Source: Octopus vulgaris (lineage: Eukaryota). From it: a stretch of 64,000 nucleotides of DNA. A model generated the notes under the pieces. That model was not told where the DNA came from and ran no database searches. It saw only the letters and a list, made by a program, of their open reading frames with translations. The position numbers were made by a program, and so were the translations under genes. Shown in pieces: positions 1-15,104 of this stretch; the first letter of the stretch is position 1; each line of letters starts with the position of its first letter. The stretch covers positions 211,792,001 to 211,856,000 of the forward strand of contig OX597815.1 in the NCBI GenBank assembly GCA_951406725.2. Direction: 5' to 3'.

Positions 1-250
1 CCTCTGGCAGAGTTAACTTTTGCCGTAGAAAATAGAGTAAAGCAGGGAGACCTTGATTCACCCACCCTCTTTGCAATATACTTTGCAGTTGTGTTGTCCC
101 ATGCTTTTCAAAACCCCGAGGAGGGTATTTACATAAAATATCGAACAACAGGGAATGTTTTTTATTTGACAAGACTGAAATTCAAAACGAAGGTTTTTAC
201 TTTACTCAATTCGCTGCCGATTGCGATTTTGTCAGTCATTCTGAAAAAAT
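1..250 (+). mobile_element. RTE-clade LINE reverse transcriptase fragment (degenerate)
   Basis: Frame 1 reads FAVENRVKQGDLDSPTLFAIYFAVVLSHAF...EGIYIKYRTTGNVFYLTRLKFKTKV, then after a frameshift FAADCDFVSHSE. This matches the RTE RT motifs GVKQG..LAPTLF / YRTDG.LFNL.RL / FADD. Confidence 0.8.
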
Positions 251-501
251 TTCGGGCCTTGTGCCTAGAATAGAAAAGAAAATGTCATTTGCTCAAAATA
301 CTTCCGGAACATGGAGTTGAACACACATTCTGGTTGCGAAAGATATCTAGTTGGGTACGTTTTGATCACAAAATTTGTTGACTAATCCGTGAAGGATGCT
401 GGTTGTCGAATGAATGTTATTGGGAGGATTAGAGACGTCTTTTGTCTTATACTCCATCATCAACATCTGATTTAATACCCTTGTAATTATCAACAAATGG
501 A

Positions 502-742
502 TCTAGTCTGATCTTCAATCCATGTAAACAAGAGCTATTCCATTTTAAGTATTGCATTAGATCTATCAGAAAATAAGGTCCGGTCAGTTAATGGGATTTC
601 TCCTTGAGCTTTCGATTTAATTCTCTTTCTCTTATCACATATTGTTCACACTGTACAAGTTGCAAACTTAAATGATTTGGTAAAATGACTGACTTTTTTC
701 TCCCGCATCCAACCCTTTTAAGACATCAAGTTTGATATCCAT
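502..742 (-). mobile_element. pogo/Tigger (CENP-B-type HTH) transposase N-terminal remnant
   Basis: Minus strand MDIKLDVLKGLDAGEK, frameshift, then FATCTV*TICDKRKRIK...ILKME*LLFTWIEDQTR; resembles Tigger KLDV..R.D.GEK...STV.TI...MEKLL..WIEDQ. Contains stops. Confidence 0.7.
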
Positions 743-862
743 TTATCCCTCAACAGTTCCTTTCCGCACCGCCGCCTTCAGTTCCACTTCATGCTTTCTT
801 TCCAAATATCTTGAACCGTAAGTAAATCCATCATCGCATACACAAAACACTTGCATACATGC

Positions 863-866
<4 letters not shown>

Positions 867-896
<30 letters not shown>

Positions 897-981
897 ATGT
901 ATGTGCGGATGGATAGATGGATGGATGGATGGATGGATAGATGGATGGATAGATGGATGGATGGATGGAAGGATGGGTGGA
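867..981. repeat. (TG)n plus (GGAT)n microsatellite
   Basis: Direct reading. Confidence 0.95.
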
Positions 982-1508
982 TGCACGCATGCATATATAT
1001 ATATGTTTTGTAATTACAGTTTTTCAAATTGTTAACTATATTGGTGTAATATAAAACGCTGAGAAGCGGGGTTTTGTCAAAGAACCCGCTTCAAGCTCTT
1101 AAAATTTGTGCGGGTTTCCGTTTCCCGAAATTACTAGTCTTAATTCACAATCACCTTAAGAGAGAAATCCCGAAACCTGAAGCAGTTGCAACGCGTGGGA
1201 CGATTGTATACACACTGGTACCAACGCCATCATACACACACAACCATACATACATAACCATACATACATAAACATACATACATAAACATACGCGTTTATA
1301 CACGTGTTTTTGCTGGAATCTAACACAAAATCTCTAAATATATATGTTTAGGATTTTGAGATCTAAAAAGTAAAGAAGTGAGACTTATACACGTATTCAT
1401 ACACCAGATATGTTTATGGGTGTATGTGTGTATGGCATTGTGTGTGCGTGTATGTGCCTGTATGCATGTGTGTAAAATGTAGCGCGTCTGGTTGTGTGAT
1501 CATGTTTT

Positions 1509-2087
1509 ATGTATGAATGTATGTATGTATGTACGTATGTATGTACATATGTATGTATGTATGTACGTATGTATGTACGTATGTACGTATGTACGTATGT
1601 ATGTATGTATGTATGTATGTATGTATGTATGTATGTATGTATGTATTTATGTATGTACGTATGCATGTACGTATGTATGTATTTATGTACGTATGTATGT
1701 ACATATGCATGTATGTATGTACGTATGTATGTATGTATTTATGTACGTATGTATGTATGTACGTATGTATGTACGTATGTATGTATGTACGTATGTATGT
1801 ACGTATGTATGTATGTATGTATGTATGTACGTATGTACGTATGTACGTATGTATGTACGTACGTATGTATGTACGTACGTATGTATGTATGTATGTATGT
1901 ATGTATGTGTGTGTATGTATGTATGTATGTATGTATGTGTGTATGTATGCATGTATGTATGTATGTGTGTATGTATGTATGTATGTATGTGTGTATGTAT
2001 GTATGTATGTATATGTGTATGTATGCATGTATGTATGTATGTATGTGTGTGTGTATGTATGTATGTATGTATGTATGTATGTATGTA

Positions 2088-2118
<31 letters not shown>

Positions 2119-2259
2119 GTGTGTATGTATGTATGTATGTGTGTATGTATGCATGTATGTATGTATGCATGTATGTGTGTATGTATGTGTGTGTGTATGT
2201 GTGTATGTATGTGTGTATGTATGTGTGTATGTATGTATGTGTGTGTGTGTATGTATGTA

Positions 2260-2292
<33 letters not shown>

Positions 2293-2561
2293 ATATGTGT
2301 ATGTATGCATGTATGTATGTACGTATGTATGTACGTATGTACGTATGTACGTATGTACGTATGTACGTATGTACGTATTTACGTACGTATGTATGTATGT
2401 ATGTATGTATGTATGTATGTATGTATGTATGTATGTATGTATGTATGTATGTGTGTGTGTATGTATGTATGTATTTATGTACGTATGTATGTATTTATGT
2501 ACGTATGTATGTATGTATGTATGTATGTATGTATGTATGTATGTATGTATGTGTGTATGTG
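1509..2561. repeat. ~1 kb compound (TATG)/(TACG)/(TG) microsatellite
   Basis: Direct reading; source of the long MYVC/HTYI ORFs. Confidence 0.97.
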
Positions 2562-3336
2562 TAAGTAGACATGGAAGCAAGCACACATGTAAATCTTTAA
2601 TTCAAATGACATCTCTAAATCAAAAATATATTATCTCCGGCGCTGACTTTTATGAGGTGGTCCAATTAAGCTTTTGTATTTATCTCTCCCATTTGTATAA
2701 ACGATCCTCCGCCTTTTTTTCCCTTTCGTCTTTCTAAACAAAGAATATACAAAACAAGAAAAGCGGAGACAGGAAGATAAATTTTTATAGACTTCAACAT
2801 TCTGACAACTGTCTTATTTCTTAAGAAAAGCAGTTTTTCTTTCTGTTTTTTCCACTATCTTGAAATATACCCTTTAACACAAGAACACACCCAAGGTGCG
2901 ATGAATATGTTGATTTCTATTCAATGTGGAATTGTTTTTGGCAAGAAAATTTGCTTTATTCTCTGTACACAACTTCCCCAAATTCATACATAGGTTAATA
3001 AGACACACCTGTTTATTTGACAGGTGATGTCTAGGTTGATGAAAGTGTATGAACATATAAAAAAATCATTTGTGATTAAATAGCGAAGTAGTCAAACAAA
3101 AGCAAAACTATGTTAATACTTTAATAATTAGGCGGTAATTGCCTTCCTTCAACCCTTTTCCGAACTTTCAAAACACATCAGTTTGGAATTTTTATTCAAT
3201 TCATATTTAACCTCTGGGGACTGCTGTACACTAAACAGATTTAACACTGATTGCTTTATCTTCTGGGTATCCGATGCTTGGCGGATATTCGCGGATTCGT
3301 AAAGGTTTCGAATTCGAATAAGTTCACTTACTTATA

Positions 3337-3498
3337 GGCGTAGACATGGCTATGTGATTAATAAGTTCGCATTGTAACCACGTGGTTTAGAGTTCAGTCT
3401 CACCACGCGGTACTTTGCATAAGTGTCTTCTACCGTAGCCCCGGACTGACTTATGCCTTGTGAGAGAAAATCGTAGACGGAAACTGCAGAAGCGCGTC

Positions 3499-3542
<44 letters not shown>

Positions 3543-3648
3543 CCGCGTGTACAGAGAATAACACACTTAAAAAGAAGTACTGGGGTGGATTTATTCTATA
3601 AAATGTTTCAAGATAGTGCTCCAGTAAGGCCACAGTCCAAAATAAAAG
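3337..3648 (+). mobile_element. SINE family A, diverged copy
   Basis: tRNA-like head, GCAAGTGTCTTC-like box, GTAGACGGAAACTG, central (TG)n, partial tail. Confidence 0.7.
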
Positions 3649-3659
3649 ATGAAGATATA

Positions 3660-4030
3660 GGCGCGGGAGTGGATGTGTGGTAAGTAACTTGCCTTACCAA
3701 CCAAATGGTTCCGGGTTCAGTCCCACTGCGTGGCACCTTAGGCAAGTGTCTTCAACTACAGCCTCGGGCCAACTAAAACCTTGTGAGTGGATTTGGTAGA
3801 CGGAAAATGAAAAAAGAAGCTCGTCGTATGTGTGTGTGTGTGTGTTTGTCCACCCAACATTGCCTGACAACCGATGCTAGTGTGTTTAGGTCCCCATAAC
3901 TTAGTGTTTCGGCACTAGAGACCGATAGAATCGTACTAGGCTTACAAAGAATAAGTCCTGGGGTTGATTTGTTCGCATAAAAGGCGGTGCTCCAGCATGG
4001 GCGCAGTCAAATGACTGAAACAAATAAAAG
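3660..4030 (+). mobile_element. SINE family A (tRNA-derived, central microsatellite)
   Basis: Head GGCGCGGGAGTGGATGTGTGGTAAG...GGGTTCAGTCCC, tail GGCGGTGCTCCAGCATGG...GACTGAAACAAATAAAAG; about 15 homologous copies in the window. Confidence 0.9.
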
Positions 4031-4420
4031 ACTACTAGAGAGCAAACATTAGTCCTGACTGAAAAACTTCCTTGATTGCACAAGTTACCCCCACCACGCA
4101 TCAGCTCCCTAACAGCTTGTTTCAATTAATTTTTATGATGCAAAAGAACTCCAGTTTCTACGGATATTGGTATTATTTTCTGATTCCTTATCCATCAACG
4201 GCAAGCTGACAGAATCGTTATCATGTCAGACAAAGAAAAAAACCAAAAATAACTGACCGGCGTTTCTTCCGGCTCTCTACGTGCTGAGGTCAATTTTATC
4301 TTTCATCTTTCGGGGTCGATATCTGTCAAGTATGTCCACCCCCACCTCATCAAAATTCCTGGCCTTGGACACTGCAACGGACCATCATCCTGTTCTAGGG
4401 AGATGTGAGATTTCTGTCAC

Positions 4421-4747
4421 GTGGCTCAGTGGTTAGAGCATCGAGCTTACGATCGTGAGGTTGTGAGCTCGAATCCCGGACCGGGCTGCGTGTTGTGTTC
4501 TTGAGCAAGACACTTTATTTCACGTTGCTCCAGTTCACTCAGCTGTAGAAATGAGTTGCGACGTCACAGGTGCCAAGCTGTATCGGCCCTTGCCTTTCCC
4601 TTGGACAACATCGGTGACGTGGAGAGGGGGAGATCGGTATGCATGGGCGACTGCTGGTCTTCCATAAAACAACCTTGCCCAGACTTGTGCCTCAGAGGGT
4701 AACTCTCTAGGTGCAAACCCATGGTCAGTGTCTGACCGAAGGGGGTC
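4421..4747 (+). mobile_element. tRNA-derived SINE, head H2 + tail T3
   Basis: A/B-box-like GTGGCTCAGTGG / GCTCGAATCC, CTTGAGCAAGACACTT box; tail also present at 56811-57021. Confidence 0.85.
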
Positions 4748-5061
4748 ACCACCACCATACGCCATGGAAACCAGATAACTTGGTCTTGAGAGTCCTGACG
4801 CTCAAGAAAATAAAAGCCAACAATATTATCGTGTTGCGTCCTTGATGACAACGCTTAAATCCTGTATTATTTCAGCCAATGAACGTATGAATAAGCGTAA
4901 TGCATTGTGCTAAATCACTGTATGGTTAAGAAGTCTTGTTTTTCGTGCGATTACAATATTGATTTCCCTTCAGCCGGTTGACATGGGGTATGAATGAGGT
5001 ACACACACTGCGATCCCACTGGAAACCAATTCTATCTACACCACCCACCTACATACACACC

Positions 5062-5416
5062 GTGGAGGCGCAATGGCCCAGTGGTTAGGGCAGCGGACTC
5101 GCGGTCATAGGATCGCGGTTTCGATTCCCAGACCGGGCGTTGTGAGTGTTTATTGAGCGAAAACACCTAAAAAGCTCCACGAGGCTCCGACAGGGGATGG
5201 TGGTGATCCCTGCTGTACTCTTTCACCACAACTTTCTCTCACTCTTACTTCCTGTTTCTGTTGTACCTGTGTCACGCTGAATATCCCCGAGAACTACGTT
5301 AAGGGTACACGTGTCTGTGGAGTGCTCAGCCACTTACACGTTAATTTCACGAGCAGGCTGTTCCGTTGATTCGGATCAACCGGAACCCTCATCGTCGTAA
5401 CTGACGGAGTGCTTCC
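5062..5416 (+). mobile_element. tRNA-Arg-like SINE, head H1 + tail T1
   Basis: A box TGGCCCAGTGG, B box GGTTTCGATTCC; 11-bp TSD ACATACACACC at 5051-5061 and 5417-5427. Confidence 0.9.
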
Positions 5417-5769
5417 ACATACACACCCAAGCATACATTTGTAGAATATATTCATTAGCGAAAGAAATATCAACCACAACGACGACTCCCTGAAAGAAGC
5501 AAGTAAAGATGTTAGAGAAATTTTTCTACGAGAGAAAGAGAAAATATTAAGAATTAATGCTACTGAAACAGTAATGTGAGTTGGGTGGGGTTTTCTATAT
5601 AAATATGCGCCTCTGGGTAACATGATATAATATATATTTATATGTGAGTGTGTGTGCATTTATGTGTGTATGCACATATATACATGTATGTGTGCGCGTG
5701 TATATATGCGTGTGTATGTATATATATATATATATAATTGAGTATATAAAGAGTAGATATATATATAGA

Positions 5770-6870
<1,101 letters not shown>

Positions 6871-7363
6871 CAGATGTAGATGTATTATACATATACGGTT
6901 AAATTTTAAGTTACATGCACATGCACACATAGACGCACGCTGTCACATACACACACATTTCGGCTATAAACTTAAATAAGCGAAAGGAACTAGAAAAATG
7001 CCTCCTAAGCCAAGATCTCATAATACAAACCGGCAATTTGTTGTTCAAAGAGACATAATGCTTCTAAGTATTAAGTAAGTCACTAGCACCAATGAGGTCA
7101 AAAATATTAAGAGATGCGTCTATATATTAAGCATGTTGTTATCAAACAAATTATTATTATTCTCCAAGTGAAAGCTTCTTTGCTCGTTTTTCTTCCGTAG
7201 TAAAATCACACTTCAGCTATTAAGACAAATTCCATATTTACAACCACGTTATCTTATACCATTTCATTTATAATGAACGCAGTGTGCCTAATTTCTTTGA
7301 GACATTGTGTGTGCATGAAAATCATATTTCTGTGCTAATATATGTTATTAAGTTAGATATATA

Positions 7364-7523
7364 GGCGCAGGCGTGGCTGTGGGGTAAGAAATTTGCTTCC
7401 TAACCACGTGGTTCCGGATTCAGTGCCGCTGAGGGGGACTTGGGTAAGTGCCTTCTACTGTAGCCCTGGGCCGACCAAAGTCTTGAGAGTGGATGTGGTA
7501 GACAGAAACTGAAAGAAGTCCGT

Positions 7524-7586
<63 letters not shown>

Positions 7587-7628
7587 GTGTCCAATTATCG
7601 CATGACAACTGGTATTGATTTGTTTATT
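7364..7628 (+). mobile_element. SINE family A, 3'-deleted, within the duplication
   Basis: GGCGCAGGCGTGGCTGTGGGGTAAG head, central (TG)n. Confidence 0.85.
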
Positions 7629-8326
7629 AGTTCAGCCTACATAGCCTGTGCGAAAAACAGAATAGGAATTTCGAAAAGGTAGGTATGTAGGTAGGTAGGT
7701 AGGTAGGTAGGTAGGTAGGTAGGTAGGTAGGTAGGTAGGTAGGTAGATAGATAGATGTTTCCATATTAGTCACACAGGGCTGAACACAGACGGGACAAAT
7801 TACAAAGTAGAGCTTTTCATAGATAGATAGATAGATGTAGATGTTTTATACATATACGGTTAAATTTTAAGTTACATGCACATGCACACACACAGACGCA
7901 CGCTGTCACATACACACACATTTCGGCTATAAACTTAAATAAGCGAAAGGAACTAGAAAAATGCCTCCTAAGCCAAGATCTCATAATACAAACCGGCAAT
8001 TTGTTGTTCAAAGAGACATAATGCTTCTAAGTATTAAGTAAGTCACTAGCACCAATGAGGTCAAAAATATTAAGAGATGCGTCTATATATTAAGCATGTT
8101 GTTATCAAACAAATTATTATTATTCTCCAAGTGAAAGCTTCTTTGCTCGTTTTTCTTCCGTAGTAAAATCACACTTCAGCTATTAAGACAAATTCCATAT
8201 TTACAACCACGTTATCTCATACCATTTCATTTATAATGAACGCAGTGTGCCTAATTTCTTTGAGACATTGTGTGTGCATGAAAATCATATTCCAGTGCTA
8301 ATATATGTTATTAAGTTAGATATATA

Positions 8327-8486
8327 GGCGCAGGCGTGGCTGTGGGGTAAGAAGTTTGCTTCCTAACCACGTGGTTCCGGATTCAGTGCCGCTGAGGGGG
8401 ACTTGGGTAAGTGCCTTCTACTGTTGCCCTGGGCCGACCAAAGTCTTGAGAGTGGATGTGGTAGACAGAAACTGAAAGAAGTCCGT

Positions 8487-8561
<75 letters not shown>

Positions 8562-9093
8562 GTGTCCAATTATCGCATGACAACTGGTATTGATTTGTTT
8601 ATATCCCCGTAATCAAGCGGTTCGGTAAAAGAGACCGACAAAGTACAACGCTTAAAAACAATTACTGGGATTGATTCATTCGACTAAAACAGTGGTTCTC
8701 AACCGAGGTCTATAAGGCCCCTGAGGGTCCATATAAGATTTTGGGTTCCACACAACAAATTAATAGATTGGGGATCCACAATAATATTTTAAAGGCCCCT
8801 GTAAAAAAGTTGCTTTAGATGAACGTTTGGCAAGAAACCGTGAGGTTCCTTCCTGTAACATTTTATATAGTTCAGCCTACATAGCCTGTGCGAAAAACAG
8901 AATAGGAATTTCGAAAAGAAGTTTCTTTAAAACTTGTTTTTAAACATTGAACGGCTGTGGGTAGGGGTCCACCAAATTAAAATAGTTATCAAAGGGGGTC
9001 CATAGATAAAAAATATTTGAGAATCTCTGGACTAAAACTATTCAAGGTAGCGTCCCAGCATAGCTGCAATGTAATGACTGAAATAAGTAAAAT
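8327..9093 (+). mobile_element. SINE family A interrupted by a hAT MITE
   Basis: Head at 8327; tail resumes after the MITE at 9030. Confidence 0.8.
8690..9029 (+). mobile_element. hAT-type MITE
   Basis: TIR CAGTGGTTCTCAA / TTGAGAATCTCTG; perfect 8-bp TSD GACTAAAA at 8682-8689 and 9030-9037. Confidence 0.9.
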
Positions 9094-9339
9094 ATAAATG
9101 GTACATTTCAGATACCGTATTTTCCGGATGCAAATCGAATCTTGTAGACAAAATTTTACGACCTTTGGGTAAGTCGACTTATACACCAAAACGCTTTAGG
9201 AAGACCAAAAGCTCCATGTGAAACGCAACAGGATTTGGAAAGATACTGACGCTGTTTGAATGTTTACACTACGTGTTTACACTATTTTTGATATGTCGAC
9301 TTAAATTTGTGCAGAAAATATAACAAATCAGTGTCATAT

Positions 9340-10260
9340 GTTGTGAAGGATAGGGAATATTGACGTTTCAAACAAGGAGTTCGTAGCCAAGGTAGAGAAG
9401 AAAGTTTTTGTTTTTAAACTAAGAAAAAATTGATTACATGCGATACTGATGAAGCTTGGATGTTTGTTGTGCAACGGGAGTAGACAACTGTGGTTTCTAG
9501 TAGAAGAGAGTGTTGAAGTCATTTGTGACGATCGATCAGATATAAAAAAGAAATATGAAGAGGAATAGATTGTTGTAATGGAGTATGTTAGAGGAAATAT
9601 TTGTGTATGGATGGATAGGTAGAGGAGAGAGTGCAGCAGTATGTATCCATGAGTGAATGCATGGAAAAAGGAAAGCGTAAAAGCATGTGTGAAAACAGAA
9701 ACTTCTGTGTGTGGACGGTTACATAAAGAATTCTACCAATGTGGCAATGATCAGAGAGAAACTAATCGAGTAGTAATTTAAGCTGGAGAAACCGTTGCCA
9801 AACAGAATATCAATCGCTCTCGGGACAAGCCAGGGTCAAGAAACCCATAGTATTGGAGAGAATCACAGACGACGAAAACAATAGTGAGTATGGCCGGTTG
9901 AAATAATTTGCAGTGGATTTTTGAGTTCCGCTGCATTACACGATTAGTAAATGCTTTCTGAATCGGTCAACTACCTTTCGACTGATTTTGCGAGACCACA
10001 AAATTGGTATTTAATGCAATAGATTTCAAGCTTGAAGGTGCAAGTGAATCGATCAGTGACTTTGGAAGTATACTCGGGCAGTGTTAAGCAGTAATTTACT
10101 GGATAACAGACCAAAGGGGCAAATTCTAAAGTGGAAACAAACCAACTATCCAGGTTTAGTGTGTCAACGTGTGAATAATTGTAAAAAAACAGATGGTCAA
10201 GCACATTACGGAAATCAATAAGGATTTCTAACGGAAGGGAGTATCTGTTACGGAAAGATG
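9340..10260 (-). mobile_element. Penelope-like element remnant (GIY-YIG region plus 3' non-coding part)
   Basis: Minus strand KVTDRFTCTFKLEIYCIKYQFCG / SRKVVDRFRKHL / STANYFNRPYS resembles PLE FTC.S.N.IYCI.C..C / DRFREH / A.HFN...HS. A degenerate hammerhead-like GAAACGTCA lies near 9360-9390. Confidence 0.65.
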
Positions 10261-11172
10261 TGGGAAGTAACTAGATCGGAATGGAGATGATAAAAGTTAT
10301 GGGAGATAGAATGTTGAAGGCGTCGGTGATGGGTTAGACGGTGAGTGGAAGGAAATGCGGTTACTGGTGGTGCAGATACGGAGTGGGAGAGCAAATGTCC
10401 CACACTCGCACACTTTGAGTCTTCTACCTACACATACACATACCGCTCTGTTCACAAATACAACTGTTTTCTCTCTCAAACTTTTCTTTCTTTTATCCCA
10501 AAGACATATTTTCGTATTAATTCTTATCCATCACATTTACTGCTTTCACACAACTTGGCAATGCATCCTTCCCCTCTCTCTCTCTATTCGTTTTCCGCAT
10601 AATTGACAACCACTCAACGCCAGTGGTCCTCCTCTACCAGAGACAGCCATACTCCTGTTTGCTTCCGTTCCGCCATACCAACAATGCTTATTCAAAAATT
10701 CACTTAAAATCGTCTTTTTTATTTTGTCTCAAACATTACCCTTCTCTGTATTGATAAAGAGCTTCTTGCATAAAACATTGATACCTCTTCCTTTTTTTCA
10801 CAAGATGATACACAAATATAACCTCCTTTAAACCTTCCTTTGTTGCATTTTTCTAAGCCACAAATTTTTCTGTTTCGTCTGTCTTCACCGAGACAGGCAG
10901 ATGACTAAACTATCCGGATTCTAGATTACATATGAATGTTCAGCTGTTTAGGGATGGTGGTTATTATTTTCTTAGTCAAGTGCCAAAAATCTGCTCTTTA
11001 CATTTTCTGGTCACATTCAATGAAAGAAAAAGTAAGCCTCCTGCCGTTAGATTGTCTAAAGAACTAATAATGTATATTTCTTTGACAAGTCACACGATAT
11101 TTCTTCCATTTGCTCCGTTCAGCTACATCTTCTACCTATATAATGCTTTTTTCTTATGTATATCTTCAATTG

Positions 11173-11435
11173 TGAAGGCGCGTGGCTTAGTGGTTAGGGT
11201 GTCAGCATCATGATCGTAAGATTGTGGTTTCGGTTCCTGGACCGGGCGACGCGTTGTGTTCTTGAGCAAAACACTTCATTTCACGTTGCTCCAGTCCACT
11301 CAGCTGGCAAAAATGAGTAACGCTGCGATGGACTGGCGTCCCGTCCAGCTGGGGAACACATATGCCATAGAAACCGGGAAACCGGGCCCATGAGCCTGGT
11401 TAGGCTTTATAAGGGCGCATTTATTATTTTATTTA
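11173..11435 (+). mobile_element. tRNA-derived SINE, head H2 + tail T2
   Basis: GAAGGCGCGTGGCTTAGTGGTTAGGG head, GCGATGGACTGGCGTCCCGTCCAG block; 14-bp TSD TATATCTTCAATTG at 11159-11172 and 11436-11449. Confidence 0.92.
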
Positions 11436-12074
11436 TATATCTTCAATTGCATAGCATTTTATATTGTACTTGTACAGCTAAAGATCTATGACTAGATACT
11501 CATCGATATGGTTTACTTGCTTCCCAAGTTATATGAATATCTAATTTCCGAACCAACAAGAGAGCCTATATGCGGTCGCTCGACTCCACTTGCTAGTAAT
11601 GGCGGCCAAGCACTACTCAAAGCACACCCATTGTCTTCCAAGAGGAAAGAAATATTCGGTAATGTGTTACTAAATGCAGACTGACAGAAACAAAAGCAAA
11701 TAATCACAGCTTGGTTAGCTTTGAACATGGCTTTGCTTGAAATATTGATACCACTTCCTAAGCAAATATAAGATAACGCTCTGATGCCGTTTACACTAAA
11801 CTGTGGGCACTTCGTGGAACACTACAATAGTGAGACTTGTACAAGTACTAATTAATATTTTAGTTTTAGTGCCTTCCTTGCTTCCAGTACTAAATTCATA
11901 TCGTCTCAATGGATACATAAGTGGAAATTAATTTAAGATAACATCAGCACTTAAAGTCATCCATTCATTTATTCAAGAATAACTGAGACTATTGAAAGAT
12001 TCTTCGTTTGTGAGAAATATGATATATTGAAAATATAAAGTAATATAGGGACCAGCTGTCACCTCTTTTATCTT

Positions 12075-12274
12075 CTATTTTTAACTTGTTGCAATCAATG
12101 GACTGTGGCCACCCTGAACCACCGATTCGAAGGGGTTTAGTCGAACAAATCGACACCAGTACTTTTGCTTTGTTTTCCCTTAAAGCTAGTACTTATTCTA
12201 TTGATTTCTTCTGCCGAACTACTAAGCTAGAGAAGTAAGTAAACAAACACCTACTGTCAAGTAGTGGAGTCATG

Positions 12275-12327
<53 letters not shown>

Positions 12328-12746
12328 ACATAAATAATATGTAAACATATGCATATATACATACATATATGTACATACCTACATCTAAATGTATATATAC
12401 ATGCATATATGGGTACAGGACACCAAAAAACGTTGAACACAGTGAGAAACAAAAACCTAAAAACAAAAACATGGAAATGAACTTTTTTTCAAACAACGAA
12501 AAAAAAACAGAGTACAAGACATACAACACAAGGAATATTCCCCTTCTTCAGTCGTCCCTGTTTCGTCTACTCCACGTTTCGAAGGTATACGACGCACTTC
12601 TACACACGGATTCCGATTACCAAATACATTCGTAAAACATTAGTTAGTCAACTCGGGGCTATAGAAGAAGATGTTTGCTCAAAATGCAGAGCAGTGGGAC
12701 TGAACGAGAAACAACTTGATTGCAAATCGAGCTTCTTAACCACACC
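12075..12746 (-). mobile_element. SINE family A, diverged, with a 175-bp insert (12411-12586) in its central microsatellite
   Basis: Reverse-complement similarity to the 3660 copy on both sides of the insert. Confidence 0.7.
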
Positions 12747-13069
12747 GAAGTCTGTTTAATAGTATTATTTTCCTAAAGGTACACCCTTTAGTAATGAACT
12801 TGAGTATTTTGTTAAAAAAACAGATAACCAATTACATTCTCTTGAATTCCGTTATATGAAGCTAATGAATAAATAGCTAAAGAAACTCAAGTCCCGGTGT
12901 TGCTGATTGTGAAACAGAAAATTTCTTACATTCGAAAACCATTAAATCTACGAAGCACTTAACTGCATTAGTTTCTACAATTTAAACAACAGAGCTAATC
13001 TAAATATCTTACTCTGTTTATTATTTTCATTAATATGTCGTTAACATCAAATTTAAAAAAAAACAGTCT

Positions 13070-13245
13070 CTATGCAGTCGCAAAGCTTGCTAGAAATAAC
13101 AAATTATGCTCTTCCGTTATAAAGAAGGATTGATACATTGAATAATATAGTCCTAGCAATTATAGTAAGATGGATGGTCACGTCTAGAACGGTTTTTGGC
13201 CATACATCTGCTCAATCAGAACCGAGCTGGGATTAAATCACAACT
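13070..13245 (+). repeat. Old dispersed repeat family (GCTAGAAAT...GATGGTCA...AAACAAC), probably a SINE
   Basis: Homologous diverged copies near 11570, 22235/22985 (-), 33110, 34060, 34310, 53910, 59775/61440 and 63105 (-). Confidence 0.55.
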
Positions 13246-13752
13246 TGAAAAAGTGCAACATAAAATTGGTTTATTGAGATATAAAATTACCAGGATTTAA
13301 AACAGTCATGGGCAAACTGTGGCCCACGGGACTCTTTGAATGGCACGCCTAACAAAAGATTACTTTGCGACCCACCTGGTGATGAGCCATATTTCAATCG
13401 GCCTGCTTCTCATAAATGGTTGCACATGTTTAGTTTAAAGAACCATTTTGTAGTAAAACTGTTTTACAGTAATTACAACAAAACCAAACAATACATAAAA
13501 CTGTTAGAATTTCATAATAAAATCATTTGAAAATTTCTCCCCCTCCTCTGCTTTCTCCCCCTGCTTGTATTTATTTCTTACTGCGTGCAAAACCAAAACG
13601 CAGTCCTTCTAACTAAAATCCCATGAATTCTGCACCCGCTACATATCAATGACATTTGATATCCGTAATACCCTGATATGCAACATGAAATCAAAATTCG
13701 GTCAGAATCAACATATGTTTTAGTTGTAAGTTACAGTACCTTTTCTTTCTTT

Positions 13753-13798
<46 letters not shown>

Positions 13799-14528
13799 TC
13801 TTTTATCATTTTTTTTTCCATTTTATTTTTGCTTCGGTTAGCATGTCATTTTAATTTCTTACTGTTTCACATATAACAAACATATTGACATATTGTCACA
13901 CATATGCATCCCGTTAGTAACATCTTAACATTTCGGCTTCTTTTTACGTGAAACAAATAATAATAATAATAATAATAACAATAATAATGATAATAATAAT
14001 AATAATGAGGATGATAATGATGATGCATGCATGCTTCAGCCCACTACAAATGCAGCTAACTGTAATATTGCAGGTGTAATCCATCCTACCTAAAATGTCG
14101 GTGGCTTAATACCAAGATAATTGGTGTATATAAAACAACTACTGTTCATTTTTGAAACTGTTAGATGCCTTTACTAACATGTCTTATGTTTTTTCACAAC
14201 TATGTTATCATGAAACTCAAAGCAAGCAGGAAATGAATGTATTTGTTGGCAGTCAGATTAACGTTGTGGTTAAAAAAAATTTTTTTTTTGAAGTTTAAAA
14301 ATATTAATTTCATTAATTAATCTACATATAAAATTACATATTTGAATAAGTAGCATGCTGCACCATACATCTGTGCGTGTGTACATATGGTGCATTCATG
14401 TGTATGTGCGTATTTGTGTAGGGAACATTAGTGTATATGAAACATAGATGTCTGTATATGTTTTTGCATGTGGCTGTGTATAGATATAATGTGTGTGTAT
14501 ATATGTATGTACACACACAGAGACATAC

Positions 14529-14581
<53 letters not shown>

Positions 14582-15065
14582 GATAGATAGATAAACAGAT
14601 AGATAGATATAACATACATACACACACATGCATATATATCTAAGTATGTAGATATATATATATACATACATATACATATATGCATAAATATATATATATA
14701 TATATATATACATGTATATACAATTAAATATATATATATGTATATGCATGTATATATACCTATATATTTATTTATTTATTTATTTTATACAATCGTAAGG
14801 CAACACTAGCGGTGATATTTTCTTTCGTTGTGTTTCTGTAAGGCAGATTAGTACAGTTAGCACCGCTCCACGTTTGTATGTACATTATGTTATACACACA
14901 CATACATACAAACACACGTGCGCACGCACATGCATATATATATAGAGAGCGATATCATACACTTATGTGTGAGTCATATATGTATGTATGTATATATATA
15001 TATATATATATATATACTAAGCAATAAAGGGTTTAGCAACGAAGTAATACTATTACTTAGTATTA

Positions 15066-15104
<39 letters not shown>

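Noticed and set aside
1045-1210. Possible Helitron with hairpin GAAGCGGG...CCCGCTTC
   Set aside because: No clear TC start or CTRR end.
1492-2737. 350-400 aa ORFs (MYVC / HTYI repeats)
   Set aside because: Stop-free microsatellite read-through on both strands; the same applies to the ORFs at 25.8, 31.6, 39.5, 47 and 50.4 kb.
5062-5140. tRNA-like heads of SINEs as tRNA genes
   Set aside because: No complete cloverleaf; they continue into SINE bodies with TSDs.
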